Below are positions 28,201-42,959 of a stretch of 64,000 nt of DNA, piece by piece. A program made the position numbers and the translations under genes. The stretch's first letter is position 1. Each line of letters begins with the position of its first letter. Below the pieces are notes generated by a model. It was given only the letters and a program-made list of their open reading frames with translations. It had not been told where the DNA came from and did not search any database. The stretch comes from Balanoglossus misakiensis (lineage: Eukaryota > Animalia > Hemichordata). The stretch spans positions 1,126,925 to 1,190,924 of the forward strand of contig CM082583.2 in the NCBI GenBank assembly GCA_040954595.2, read 5' to 3'.

Positions 28201-31200
28201 CATTTTTTATAATCAGCACCATTTTTACATATAATGGAAATTTCATACATCATCAGATATCCAAATATGAAAAAAATGATTTAGATTTTAGATGATTGTC
28301 CAAAAGTAGCTGATATCTAATAAATGTAGTATTGAACCGTTCTGTTCCCCCCCCCCCCTACATTACATGCGGTACGCCGATGTCAGCTTACCCGTCAGTA
28401 CTGCAGGCCGTGCCCACAACTAACGTCGGTGTTTGAAACGCCCTGGTTAAATTCGGGCTTTCTCTATAAATTGACAGGCAATAATGTAGTCCTACCGGAA
28501 CAAATGTCGAGTGTTGACCCGCTGTGACTTCCCCTCTTCGGTTTGCCCGACTTAGCCAACGTCTTTGTACTAGAGTGTCGGGTCTTTTGCAGAGCCAGGC
28601 CGAAGGAAATCCGACTTGATCACCGTTGCTAACGAACGCTAGTGTCTGTCATGGTGTGCCAGGGTTTTAGTCGAGCCAGGCCGTAGGAGATCTGACTGGA
28701 TCATCGTGGTCAATGTACGCGTGTTTCCGCTCTAAAGTGCCGGGGCTTCAGCTAAACCAGGCCGTAGGAAATCCGACGTAATCACCGTTGATAACTTACG
28801 CCAGTCTGTGTCATATAGAGCCGGTGCACCAGCCGAGTCACGCCGTAGGAATCTGATTTGATCAACGTGGTCAATGTACGCCTGTTTCTGCTCTAGAGTG
28901 CCGGGCTTCAGCTGAGCCAGGCCGTAGGAAACCCGACGTGATTACCGTTGTTAACTTACGCCAGTCTGTGTCCTATATATAGTGCGGGGCATCAGCCGTG
29001 CCAGGCCTAAGGAAATGTGAGTAGATCAACGTGGTCTCTGTACGCGTGTTTCTGCTCTAGAGTGCCAGGGCTTTAGCCAAGCCATGCCGTAGGAAATCTG
29101 ACTTGATCAACGTTGCTAACGAACGCTAGTGTCTGTCATAGTGTGCCGGGGTTTTAGTCGAGCCAAGCCGTAGGAGATCAGACTTGATCAACGTGGTCTC
29201 TGTACGCGTGTTTCTGCTCTAGAGTGCCGGGGCTTTATCCAACCCATGCCGTAGAAAATCTGACTTGATCACCGTTGCTAACGTACGCTAGTGTCTGTCA
29301 TATTGTGACGGAGATTTAGCCGAGCCAGGCCGTAGAAAAATCGACTTGTTCAACGTTACCAGTGTGCAACTGTTTCTGCTCTAGAGTGTCAGGGTTTTAG
29401 CTGACTTATGCTGTAGGAAATCTGAGTTGATGAACGGGAATTCAATGTTAGAAAACCCGTGTGGAAAGTATCTCTACCCGTTTGAAACTAAGAAAAGAAT
29501 TTATTCTTATTTATTTTGTAAAAAAGACAATTTTTCGAAAAAAAGTCGAAAAATTGCAATTTTGTCTTGGGTGATTCAAATTATACCGCCTTTTCTGGAA
29601 TTTGCAGCCTTTTTTACAAGAGAACGACACTTCATGCTCCATAATATTTCCGAAAATGAAGAAAAGAGTTAATTTTTTATGATTTTTCAAAAATTTACCA
29701 TTTATGTCAAAATATGGACAAAATGGCTATTTTTCTTGAATTCCGTCAATATCTCAGCATTTTTGGAGTGGTCGAGAGTTTTAACATACAATCAACATGT
29801 CATATATGATCAGGGCACCAAATTCGAAGAACAAAGGTTTTTTTTTTTTTTTTCTAAAAATGACATTTTCAAGGAAAATTTGGTAAAACGCAATTTTGTC
29901 TGCAGTGAGCCAAATTAGACGGTCTTTTGTGGAATTTGTATCGATATATACATACGAAGAGCATTCTACACTCCATCAGATTTCCGAAAATGTAGAAAAC
30001 AGGTATTTTTTGTAAATTTCAAAAATTTACCATTTTGACCAAATTGTGGCTAAAATTGTTATTTTCGTGATGAATGCCGCCAGTGTCACTGCTTTTAAAA
30101 GTCATAAAAACTTTTAACATACAAGCAATTGTTTATATATGATCAGGTCACCGAATTAAAAAAATAAAGAATGTTTTGCCTAAAATGACCTTTTTGGTGC
30201 AAAAACGAATAAAACGCAATCTTGTATTAAATCAGTTCATTCAGAGTGCATGTTTTATAATAAGCACCATTTTTACATATAATGGAAATTTCATACATCA
30301 TCAGATATCCAAATATGAAAAAATGATTTAGATTTTAGATGATTGTCCAAAATTAGCTGATATCTAATAAATGTAGTATTGAACCGTTCTGTCCCCCCCG
30401 CCCCTTACATTATATGCGGTACGCCGATGTCAGCTTACCCGGCAGTACTGTAGGCCGTGCCCCCAACAAACGTCGGTGTTTGAAACGCCCTGGTTAAATT
30501 CGGGCTCTCTCTATAAATCGACAGGCAATAATGCAGTCCTACCGGAACAAATGTCAAGTGTTGAACCGCTGTGACTTTCCCTGTTCGGTTTGCCCGACTT
30601 GGCCAACGTCTTTGTACTAGAGTGACGGGTCTTTTGCAGAGCCAGGCCGAAGGAAATCCGACTTGATCACCGTTGCTAACGAACGCTGGTGTCTGTCATG
30701 GTGTGCCAGGGTTTTAGTCGAGCCAGGCCGTAGGAGATCTGACTTGATCAACGTGGTCAATGTACGCCTGTTTCTGCTCTAGAGTGCCGGGGCTTCAGCT
30801 GAGCCTGGCCCTAGGAAACCCGACGTGATTACCGTAGTTAACTTACGCCAGTCTGTGTCCTATATATAGTGCCAGGGCATCAGCCGTGCCAGGCCGAAGG
30901 AAATGTGAGAAGATCAACGTGGTCTCTGTACGCGTGTTTCTGCTCTAGAGTGCCAGGGCTTTAGCTAAACCATGCCGTAGGAAATCTGACTTGATCAGAG
31001 TTGCTAACGAACGCTAGTGTCTGTCATAGTGTGCCGGGGTTTTAGTCGAGCCAAGCCGTAGGAGATCAGACTTGATCAACGTGGTCTCTGTACGCGTGTT
31101 TCTGCTCTAGAGTGCCGGGGCTTTATCCAAGCCATGCCGTAGAAAATCTGACTTGATCACCGTTGCTAACGTACGCTAGTGTCTGTCATATTGTGACGGA

Positions 31201-34200
31201 GATTTAGCCGAGCCAGGTCTTAGAAAAATCGACTTGTTCAACGTTACCAGTGTGCAACTGTTTCTGCTCTAGAGTGTCAGGGTTTTAGCCGACTTATGCT
31301 GTAGGAAATCTGAGTTGATGAACGGGAATTCAATGTTAGAAAACCCGTGTGGAAAGTATCTCTACCCGTTTGAAACTATGAAAATAATTTATTCTTATTT
31401 ATTTTGTAAAAAAAGACAATTTTTCGAAAAAAAGTTGAAAATGGTAATTTTGTCTTGGGTGATTCAAATTATACCGCCTTTTCTGCAATTTGCAGCACTT
31501 TTTGCAAGAGAACGACACTTCATGCTCCATAATATTTCCGAAAATGAAGAAAAGAGTTAATTTTTTATGATTTTTCAAAAATTTACCATTTTTGTCAAAA
31601 TATGGCCAAAATGGCTATTTTTCTTGAATTCCGTCAATATCTCTGCATTTTTGGAGTGGTCGAGAGTTTTAACATACAATCAACATGTCATATATGATCA
31701 GGGCACCAAATTCGAAGAACAAAGGTTTTTTTATTTTTTTTTCTAAAAATGACATTTTCAAGGAAAATTTGGTAAAACGCAATTTTGTCTGCAGTGAGCC
31801 AAATTAGATTGTCTTTTGTGGAATTTGTATCGATATATACATACGAAGAGCATTCTATACTCCATCAGATTTCCGAAAATGTAGAAAACAGGTATTTTTT
31901 GTAATTTTCAAAAATTTACCATTTTGACCGAATTGTGGCTAAAATTGTTATTTTCGTGTTGAATGCCGCCAGTGTCACTGCTTTTAAAAGTCATTAAAAC
32001 TTTTAACACACAAGCAATTGTTTATATATGATCAGGTCACCGAATTTAAAGAATAAAGAATGTTTTCCCTAAAAATGACCTTTTTGGTGCAAAAACGAAT
32101 AAAACGCAATTTTGTATTAAATCAGTTCATTCAGAGTGCATTTTTTATAATCAGCACCATTTTTACATATAATGGAAATTTCATACATCATCAGATATCC
32201 AAATATGAAAAAAATGATTTAGATTTTAGATGATTGTCCAAAAGTAGCTGATATCTAATAAATGTAGTATTGAACCGTTCTGTTCCCCCCCCCCCTACAT
32301 TACATGCGGTACGCCGATGTCAGCTTACCCGTCAGTACTGCAGGCCGTGCCCACAACTAACGTCGGTGTTTGAAACGCCCTGGTTAAATTCGGGCTTTCT
32401 CTATAAATTGACAGGCAATAATGTAGTCCTACCGGAACAAATGTCGAGTGTTGACCCGCTGTGACTTCCCCTCTTCGGTTTGCCCGACTTAGCCAACGTC
32501 TTTGTACTAGAGTGTCGGGTCTTTTGCAGAGCCAGGCCGAAGGAAATCCGACTTGATCACCGTTGCTAACGAACGCTAGTGTCTGTCATGGTGTGCCAGG
32601 GTTTTAGTCGAGCCAGGCCGTAGGAGATCTGACTGGATCATCGTGGTCAATGTACGCGTGTTTCCGCTCTAAAGTGCCGGGGCTTCAGCTAAACCAGGCC
32701 GTAGGAAATCCGACGTAATCACCGTTGATAACTTACGCCAGTCTGTGTCATATAGAGCCGGTGCACCAGCCGAGTCACGCCGTAGGAATCTGATTTGATC
32801 AACGTGGTCAATGTACGCCTGTTTCTGCTCTAGAGTGCCGGGCTTCAGCTGAGCCAGGCCGTAGGAAACCCGACGTGATTACCGTTGTTAACTTACGCCA
32901 GTCTGTGTCCTATATATAGTGCGGGGCATCAGCCGTGCCAGGCCTAAGGAAATGTGAGTAGATCAACGTGGTCTCTGTACGCGTGTTTCTGCTCTAGAGT
33001 GCCAGGGCTTTAGCCAAGCCATGCCGTAGGAAATCTGACTTGATCAACGTTGCTAACGAACGCTAGTGTCTGTCATAGTGTGCCGGGGTTTTAGTCGAGC
33101 CAAGCCGTAGGAGATCAGACTTGATCAACGTGGTCTCTGTACGCGTGTTTCTGCTCTAGAGTGCCGGGGCTTTATCCAACCCATGCCGTAGAAAATCTGA
33201 CTTGATCACCGTTGCTAACGTACGCTAGTGTCTGTCATATTGTGACGGAGATTTAGCCGAGCCAGGCCGTAGAAAAATCGACTTGTTCAACGTTACCAGT
33301 GTGCAACTGTTTCTGCTCTAGAGTGTCAGGGTTTTAGCTGACTTATGCTGTAGGAAATCTGAGTTGATGAACGGGAATTCAATGTTAGAAAACCCGTGTG
33401 GAAAGTATCTCTACCCGTTTGAAACTAAGAAAAGAATTTATTCTTATTTATTTTGTAAAAAAGACAATTTTTCGAAAAAAAGTCGAAAAATTGCAATTTT
33501 GTCTTGGGTGATTCAAATTATACCGCCTTTTCTGGAATTTGCAGCCTTTTTTACAAGAGAACGACACTTCATGCTCCATAATATTTCCGAAAATGAAGAA
33601 AAGAGTTAATTTTTTATGATTTTTCAAAAATTTACCATTTATGTCAAAATATGGACAAAATGGCTATTTTTCTTGAATTCCGTCAATATCTCAGCATTTT
33701 TGGAGTGGTCGAGAGTTTTAACATACAATCAACATGTCATATATGATCAGGGCACCAAATTCGAAGAACAAAGGTTTTTTTTTTTTTTTTCTAAAAATGA
33801 CATTTTCAAGGAAAATTTGGTAAAACGCAATTTTGTCTGCAGTGAGCCAAATTAGACGGTCTTTTGTGGAATTTGTATCGATATATACATACGAAGAGCA
33901 TTCTACACTCCATCAGATTTCCGAAAATGTAGAAAACAGGTATTTTTTGTAAATTTCAAAAATTTACCATTTTGACCAAATTGTGGCTAAAATTGTTATT
34001 TTCGTGATGAATGCCGCCAGTGTCACTGCTTTTAAAAGTCATAAAAACTTTTAACATACAAGCAATTGTTTATATATGATCAGGTCACCGAATTAAAAAA
34101 ATAAAGAATGTTTTGCCTAAAATGACCTTTTTGGTGCAAAAACGAATAAAACGCAATCTTGTATTAAATCAGTTCATTCAGAGTGCATGTTTTATAATAA

Positions 34201-37200
34201 GCACCATTTTTACATATAATGGAAATTTCATACATCATCAGATATCCAAATATGAAAAAATGATTTAGATTTTAGATGATTGTCCAAAATTAGCTGATAT
34301 CTAATAAATGTAGTATTGAACCGTTCTGTCCCCCCCGCCCCTTACATTATATGCGGTACGCCGATGTCAGCTTACCCGGCAGTACTGTAGGCCGTGCCCC
34401 CAACAAACGTCGGTGTTTGAAACGCCCTGGTTAAATTCGGGCTCTCTCTATAAATCGACAGGCAATAATGCAGTCCTACCGGAACAAATGTCAAGTGTTG
34501 AACCGCTGTGACTTTCCCTGTTCGGTTTGCCCGACTTGGCCAACGTCTTTGTACTAGAGTGACGGGTCTTTTGCAGAGCCAGGCCGAAGGAAATCCGACT
34601 TGATCACCGTTGCTAACGAACGCTGGTGTCTGTCATGGTGTGCCAGGGTTTTAGTCGAGCCAGGCCGTAGGAGATCTGACTTGATCAACGTGGTCAATGT
34701 ACGCCTGTTTCTGCTCTAGAGTGCCGGGGCTTCAGCTGAGCCTGGCCCTAGGAAACCCGACGTGATTACCGTAGTTAACTTACGCCAGTCTGTGTCCTAT
34801 ATATAGTGCCAGGGCATCAGCCGTGCCAGGCCGAAGGAAATGTGAGAAGATCAACGTGGTCTCTGTACGCGTGTTTCTGCTCTAGAGTGCCAGGGCTTTA
34901 GCTAAACCATGCCGTAGGAAATCTGACTTGATCAGAGTTGCTAACGAACGCTAGTGTCTGTCATAGTGTGCCGGGGTTTTAGTCGAGCCAAGCCGTAGGA
35001 GATCAGACTTGATCAACGTGGTCTCTGTACGCGTGTTTCTGCTCTAGAGTGCCGGGGCTTTATCCAAGCCATGCCGTAGAAAATCTGACTTGATCACCGT
35101 TGCTAACGTACGCTAGTGTCTGTCATATTGTGACGGAGATTTAGCCGAGCCAGGTCTTAGAAAAATCGACTTGTTCAACGTTACCAGTGTGCAACTGTTT
35201 CTGCTCTAGAGTGTCAGGGTTTTAGCCGACTTATGCTGTAGGAAATCTGAGTTGATGAACGGGAATTCAATGTTAGAAAACCCGTGTGGAAAGTATCTCT
35301 ACCCGTTTGAAACTATGAAAATAATTTATTCTTATTTATTTTGTAAAAAAAGACAATTTTTCGAAAAAAAGTTGAAAATGGTAATTTTGTCTTGGGTGAT
35401 TCAAATTATACCGCCTTTTCTGCAATTTGCAGCACTTTTTGCAAGAGAACGACACTTCATGCTCCATAATATTTCCGAAAATGAAGAAAAGAGTTAATTT
35501 TTTATGATTTTTCAAAAATTTACCATTTTTGTCAAAATATGGCCAAAATGGCTATTTTTCTTGAATTCCGTCAATATCTCTGCATTTTTGGAGTGGTCGA
35601 GAGTTTTAACATACAATCAACATGTCATATATGATCAGGGCACCAAATTCGAAGAACAAAGGTTTTTTTATTTTTTTTTCTAAAAATGACATTTTCAAGG
35701 AAAATTTGGTAAAACGCAATTTTGTCTGCAGTGAGCCAAATTAGATTGTCTTTTGTGGAATTTGTATCGATATATACATACGAAGAGCATTCTATACTCC
35801 ATCAGATTTCCGAAAATGTAGAAAACAGGTATTTTTTGTAATTTTCAAAAATTTACCATTTTGACCAAATTATGGCTAAAATTGTTATTTTCGTGTTGAA
35901 TGCCGCCAGTGTCACTGCTTTTAAAAGTCATAAAAACTTTTATCATACAAGCAATTGTTTATATATGATCAGGTCACCGAATTAAAAAAAATAAAGAATG
36001 TTTGGCCTAAAAATGACCTTTTTGGTGCAAAAACGAATAAAACGCAATTTTGTATTAAATAACCTCATTCAGAGTGCATTTTTTTATAATCAGCACCATT
36101 TTTACATATAATGGAAATTTCATACATCACCAGATATCCAAATATGAAAAAATGATTTAGTTTTTAGATGATTGTCCAAAATTAGCTGATATCTAATAAA
36201 TGTAGTATTGAACCGTTCTGTTCCCCCCCCCCTTCCCCTACATTATATGCGGTACGCCGATGTCAGCTTACCCGGCAGTACTGCAGGCCGTGCCCCCACC
36301 TAACGTCGGTGTTTGAAACGCCCTGGTTAAATTCGGGCTTTCTCTATAAATTGACAGGCAATAATGCAGTCCTACCCGAACAAATGTCGAGTGTTGACAC
36401 GCTGTGACTTTCCCTCTTCGGTTTGCCCGACTTAGCCGACGTCTTTGTACTAGAGTGTCGGGTCTTTTGCAGAGCCAGGCCGAAGGAAATCCGACTTGAT
36501 CACCGTTGCTAACGAACGCTAGTGTCTGTCATGGTGTGCCGGGGTTTTAGTCGAGCCAGGCCGTAGGAGATCTGACTTGATCATCGTGGTCAATGTACGC
36601 GTGTTTCCGCTCTAAAGTGCCGGGGCTTCAGCTAAACCAGGCCGTAGGAAATCCGACGTAATCACCGTTGATAACTTACGCCAGTCTGTGTCATATAGAG
36701 CCGGTGCACCAGCCGAGTCACGCCGTAGGAAATCTGACTTGATCAACGTGGTCAATGTACGCCTGTTTCTGCTCTAGAGTGCCGGGGCTTCAGCTGAGCC
36801 AGGCCGTAGGAAACCCGACGTGATTACAGTTGTTAACTTACGCCAGTCTGTGTCCTATATATAGTGCCGGGGCATCAGCCGTGCCAGGCCGAAGGAAATG
36901 TGAGTAGATCAACGTGGTCTCTGTACGCGTGTTTCTGCTCTAGAGTGTCAGGGCTTTAGCAAAGCCATGCCGTAGGAAATCTGACTTGATCAACGTTGCT
37001 AGCGAACGCTAGTGTCTGTCATATTGTGCCGGGGTTTTAGTCGAGCCAAGCCGTAGGAGATCAGACTTGATCAACGTGGTCTCTGTACGCGTGTTTCTGC
37101 TCTTGAGTGCCGGGGCTTTATCCAAGCCATGCCGTAGAAAATCTGACTTGATCACCGTTGCTAACGTACGCTAGTGTCTGTCATATTGTGACGGAGATTT

Positions 37201-37497
37201 AGCCGAGCCAGGCCGTAAAAAATCGACTTGTTCAACGTTACCAGTTTGCAACTGTTTCTGCTCTAGAGTGTCAGGGTTTTAGCCGATTTATGCTGTAGGA
37301 AATCAGAGTTGATGAACGGGAATTCAATGTTAGAAAACCCGTGTGGAAAGTATCTCTACCCGTTTGAAACTAAGAAAAGAATTTATTCTTATTTATTTTG
37401 TAAAAAAGACAATTTTTCGAAACAAAGGCGAAAATGGTAATTTTGTCTTGGGTGATTCAAATTATACCACCTTTTCTGGAATTTGCAGCACTTTTTA

Positions 37498-38169
37498 ATA
37501 ATAATAATAATATAATTTATTTGTATAGCGTCAGTATCCACAAAAAAAAATGTGATCAATGACGCTTAAAGCAAAAGTACAATACAACAAATGGCTAAAA
37601 AACAGATTTAAAAAGTAAAGTTTTAACATTTGATTTAAAAACAGATAAGTCTGGTGCCTGGGGAATGGTGAGTGGAAGATTATTCCAAAGAATTGGAGCA
37701 GCAACAGTAAAAGCACGATCACCATAACTCTTGGTTCGTGATCGAACAGGGCAGAGTTTGAACTGATCAGCTGACCTTAAATTGCGACATGGAACATATA
37801 GATTAGTCATGCTAGAAAGATAGATTGGACCAAGTTTATGAATGGATTTAAAAATGAGAACTAACATCTTAAAAACAATACGCTCTGTAACAGGTAGCCA
37901 GTGCAACTGATACAAAATTGGAGTGATGTGACAGGTGATTTTAGAACGAGTTACAATTCTAGCAGCAATATTCTGAACGCGTTGGATACGGTTGATTGAA
38001 TACTTCGGGAGCCCAAATAAAAGTGAATTACATGAATCAATTCGAGACGTAATGAATGCATGAACTAATTGCTCTGTAGCTGAATGAGATAAATATTTGC
38101 GGATAAGCGCAATGCGACGTAAATGAAAAGTGGCAGAGCGGCAGATCTGTCCAATATGTGGCTTCATTG
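37498..38169 (-). mobile_element. 5'-truncated L2-clade non-LTR retrotransposon (ORF2 C-terminus + 3' UTR + (ATT)n tail), copy 1
   Basis: Translation shows SRIDSCNSLL, QRVQNIAAR, LHWLP, GDRAFTVAAPILWNNLP and FKSNVKTLLF, typical of the L2/CR1-group ORF2 post-RT region. A 3' hairpin AGCGTCA...TGACGCT precedes a short tandem tail. It interrupts the satellite's CACTTTTTACAAGAG with an apparent TTA duplication. Confidence 0.92.
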
Positions 38170-40232
38170 TTACAAGAGAACGACACTTCATGCTCCATAA
38201 TATTTCCGAAAATGAAGAAAAGAGTTAATTTTTTATGATTTTTCAAAAATTTACCATTTTTGTCAAAATATGGCCAAAATGGCTATTTTTCTTGAATTCC
38301 GTCAATATCTCTGCATTTTTGGAGTGGTCGAGAGTTTTAACATACAATCAACATGTCATATATGATCAGGGCACCAAATTCGAAGAACAAAGGTTTTTTT
38401 ATTTTTTTTTCTAAAAATGACATTTTCAAGGAAAATTTGGTAAAACGCAATTTTGTCTGCAGTGAGCCAAATTAGATTGTCTTTTGTGGAATTTGTATCG
38501 ATATATACATACGAAGAGCATTCTATACTCCATCAGATTTCCGAAAATGTAGAAAACAGGTATTTTTTGTAATTTTCAAAAATTTACCATTTTGACCAAA
38601 TTATGGCTAAAATTGTTATTTTCGTGTTGAATGCCGCCAGTGTCACTGCTTTTAAAAGTCATAAAAACTTTTAACATACAAGCAATTGTTTATATATGAT
38701 CAGGTCACCGAATTAAAAAAAATAAAGAATGTTTGGCCTAAAAATGACCTTTTTGGTGCAAAAACGAATAAAACGCAATTTTGTATTAAATAACCTCATT
38801 CAGAGTGCATTTTTTTATAATCAGCACCATTTTTACATATAATGGAAATTTCATACATCACCAGATATCCAAATATGAAAAAATGATTTAGATTTTAGAT
38901 GATTGTCCAAAATTAGCTGATATCTAATAAATGTAGTATTGAACCGTTCTGTTCCCCCCCCCCCCCCTTCCCCTACATTATATGCGGTACGCCGATGTCA
39001 GCTTACCCGGCAGTACTGCAGGCCGTGCCCCCACCTAACGTCGGTGTTTGAAACGCCCTGGTTAAATTCGGGCTTTCTCTATAAATTGACAGGCAATAAT
39101 GCAGTCCTACCCGAACAAATGTCGAGTGTTGACACGCTGTGACTTTCCCTCTTCGGTTTGCCCGACTTAGCCGACGTCTTTGTACTAGAGTGTCGGGTCT
39201 TTTGCAGAGCCAGGCCGAAGGAAATCCGACTTGATCACCGTTGCTAACGAACGCTAGTGTCTGTCATGGTGTGCCGGGGTTTTAGTCGAGCCAGGCCGTA
39301 GGAGATCTGACTTGATCATCGTGGTCAATGTACGCGTGTTTCCGCTCTAAAGTGCCGGGGCTTCAGCTAAACCAGGCCGTAGGAAATCCGACGTAATCAC
39401 CGTTGATAACTTACGCCAGTCTGTGTCATATAGAGCCGGTGCACCAGCCGAGTCACGCCGTAGGAAATCTGACTTGATCAACGTGGTCAATGTACGCCTG
39501 TTTCTGCTCTAGAGTGCCGGGGCTTCAGCTGAGCCAGGCCGTAGGAAACCCGACGTGATTACAGTTGTTAACTTACGCCAGTCTGTGTCCTATATATAGT
39601 GCCGGGGCATCAGCCGTGCCAGGCCGAAGGAAATGTGAGTAGATCAACGTGGTCTCTGTACGCGTGTTTCTGCTCTAGAGTGTCAGGGCTTTAGCAAAGC
39701 CATGCCGTAGGAAATCTGACTTGATCAACGTTGCTAGCGAACGCTAGTGTCTGTCATATTGTGCCGGGGTTTTAGTCGAGCCAAGCCGTAGGAGATCAGA
39801 CTTGATCAACGTGGTCTCTGTACGAGTGTTTCTGCTCTTGAGTGCCGGGGCTTTATCCAAGCCATGCCGTAGAAAATCTGACTTGATCACCGTTGCTAAC
39901 GTACGCTAGTGTCTGTCATATTGTGACGGAGATTTAGCCGAGCCAGGCCGTAAAAAATCGACTTGTTCAACGTTACCAGTTTGCAACTGTTTCTGCTCTA
40001 GAGTGTCAGGGTTTTAGCCGATTTATGCTGTAGGAAATCAGAGTTGATGAACGGGAATTCAATGTTAGAAAACCCGTGTGGAAAGTATCTCTACCCGTTT
40101 GAAACTAAGAAAAGAATTTATTCTTATTTATTTTGTAAAAAAGACAATTTTTCGAAACAAAGGCGAAAATGGTAATTTTGTCTTGGGTGATTCAAATTAT
40201 ACCACCTTTTCTGGAATTTGCAGCACTTTTTA

Positions 40233-40900
40233 ATAATAATAATATAATTTATTTGTATAGCGTCAGTATCCACAAAAAAAATGTGATCAATGACGCTTAA
40301 AGCAAAAGTACAATACAACAAATGGCTTAAAAACAGATTTAAAAAGTAAAGTTTTAACATTTGATTTAAAAACAGATAAGTCTGGTGCCTGGGGAATGGT
40401 GAGTGGAAGATTATTCCAAAGAATTGGAGCAGCAACAGTAAAAGCACGATCACCATAACTCTTGGTTCGTGATCGAACAGGGCAGAGTTTGAACTGATCA
40501 GCTGACCTTAAATTGCGACATGGAACATATAGATTAGTCATGCTAGAAAGATAGATTGGACCAAGTTTATGAATGGATTTAAAAATGAGAACTAACATCT
40601 TAAAAACAATACGCTCTGTAACAGGTAGCCAGTGCAACTGATACAAAATTGGAGTGATGTGACAGGTGATTTTAGAACGAGTTACAATTCTAGCAGCAAT
40701 ATTCTGAACGCGTTGGATACGGTTGATTGAATACTTCGGGAGCCCAAATAAAAGTGAATTACATGAATCAATTCGAGACGTAATGAATGCATGAACTAAT
40801 TGCTCTGTAGCTGAATGAGATAAATATTTGCGGATAAGCGCAATGCGACGTAAATGAAAAGTGGCAGAGCGGCAGATCTGTCCAATATGTGGCTTCATTG
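40233..40900 (-). mobile_element. Same truncated L2 insertion, copy 2
   Basis: Near-identical to 37498-38169, with the same truncation point and the same position in the unit. A point change removes the stop, giving a 211-aa ORF. Confidence 0.92.
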
Positions 40901-42959
40901 TTACAAGAGAACGACACTTCATGCTCCATAATATTTCCGAAAATGAAGAAAAGAGTTAATTTTTTATGATTTTTTAAAATTTTACCATTTTTGTCAAAAT
41001 ATGGCCAAAATGGCTCTTTTTTCTTGAATTCCGTCAATATCTCTGCATTTTTGGAGTGGTCGAGAGTTTTAACATACAATCAACATGTCATATATGATCA
41101 GGGCACCAAATTCGAAGAACAAAGGTTTTTTTATTTTTTTTTCTAAAAATGACATTTTCAAGGAAAATTTGGTAAAACGCAATTTTGTCTGCAGTGAGCC
41201 AAATTAGATTGTCTTTTGTGGAATTTGTATCGATATATACATACGAAGAGCATTCTATACTCCATCAGATTTCCGAAAATGTAGAAAACAGGTATTTTTT
41301 GTAATTTTCAAAAATTTACCATTTTGACCAAATTATGGCTAAAATTGTTATTTTCGTGTTGAATGCCGCCAGTGTCACTGCTTTTAAAAGTCATAAAAAC
41401 TTTTAACATACAAGCAATTGTTTATATATGATCAGGTCACCGAATTAAAAAAAATAAAGAATGTTTGGCCTAAAAATGACCTTTTTGGTGCAAAAACGAA
41501 TAAAACGCAATTTTGTATTAAATAACCTCATTCAGAGTGCATTTTTTTATAATCAGCACCATTTTTACATATAATGGAAATTTCATACATCACCAGATAT
41601 CCAAATATGAAAAAATGATTTAGATTTTAGATGATTGTCCAAAATTAGCTGATATCTAATAAATGTAGTATTGAACCGTTCTGTTCCCCCCCCCCTCCCC
41701 TACATTATATGCGGTACGCCGATGTCAGCTTACCCGGCAGTACTGCAGGCCGTGCCCCCACCTAACGTCGGTGTTTGAAACGCCCTGGTTAAATTCGGGC
41801 TTTCTCTATAAATTGACAGGCAATAATGCAGTCCTACCCGAACAAATGTCGAGTGTTGACACGCTGTGACTTTCCCTCTTCGGTTTGCCCGACTTAGCCG
41901 ACGTCTTTGTACTAGAGTGTCGGGTCTTTTGCAGAGCCAGGCCGAAGGAAATCCGACTTGATCACCGTTGCTAACGAACGCTAGTGTCTGTCATGGTGTG
42001 CCGGGGTTTTAGTCGAGCCAGGCCGTAGGAGATCTGACTTGATCATCGTGGTCAATGTACGCGTGTTTCCGCTCTAAAGTGCCGGGGCTTCAGCTAAACC
42101 AGGCCGTAGGAAATCCGACGTAATCACCGTTGATAACTTACGCCAGTCTGTGTCATATAGAGCCGGTGCACCAGCCGAGTCACGCCGTAGGAAATCTGAC
42201 TTGATCAACGTGGTCAATGTACGCCTGTTTCTGCTCTAGAGTGCCGGGGCTTCAGCTGAGCCAGGCCGTAGGAAACCCGACGTGATTACAGTTGTTAACT
42301 TACGCCAGTCTGTGTCCTATATATAGTGCCGGGGCATCAGCCGTGCCAGGCCGAAGGAAATGTGAGTAGATCAACGTGGTCTCTGTACGCGTGTTTCTGC
42401 TCTAGAGTGTCAGGGCTTTAGCAAAGCCATGCCGTAGGAAATCTGACTTGATCAACGTTGCTAGCGAACGCTAGTGTCTGTCATATTGTGCCGGGGTTTT
42501 AGTCGAGCCAAGCCGTAGGAGATCAGACTTGATCAACGTGGTCTCTGTACGCGTGTTTCTGCTCTTGAGTGCCGGGGCTTTATCCAAGCCATGCCGTAGA
42601 AAATCTGACTTGATCACCGTTGCTAACGTACGCTAGTGTCTGTCATATTGTGACGGAGATTTAGCCGAGCCAGGCCGTAAAAAATCGACTTGTTCAACGT
42701 TACCAGTTTGCAACTGTTTCTGCTCTAGAGTGTCAGGGTTTTAGCCGATTTATGCTGTAGGAAATCAGAGTTGATGAACGGGAATTCAATGTTAGAAAAC
42801 CCGTGTGGAAAGTATCTCTACCCGTTTGAAACTAAGAAAAGAATTTATTCTTATTTATTTTGTAAAAAAGACAATTTTTCGAAACAAAGGCGAAAATGGT
42901 AATTTTGTCTTGGGTGATTCAAATTATACCACCTTTTCTGGAATTTGCAGCACTTTTTA

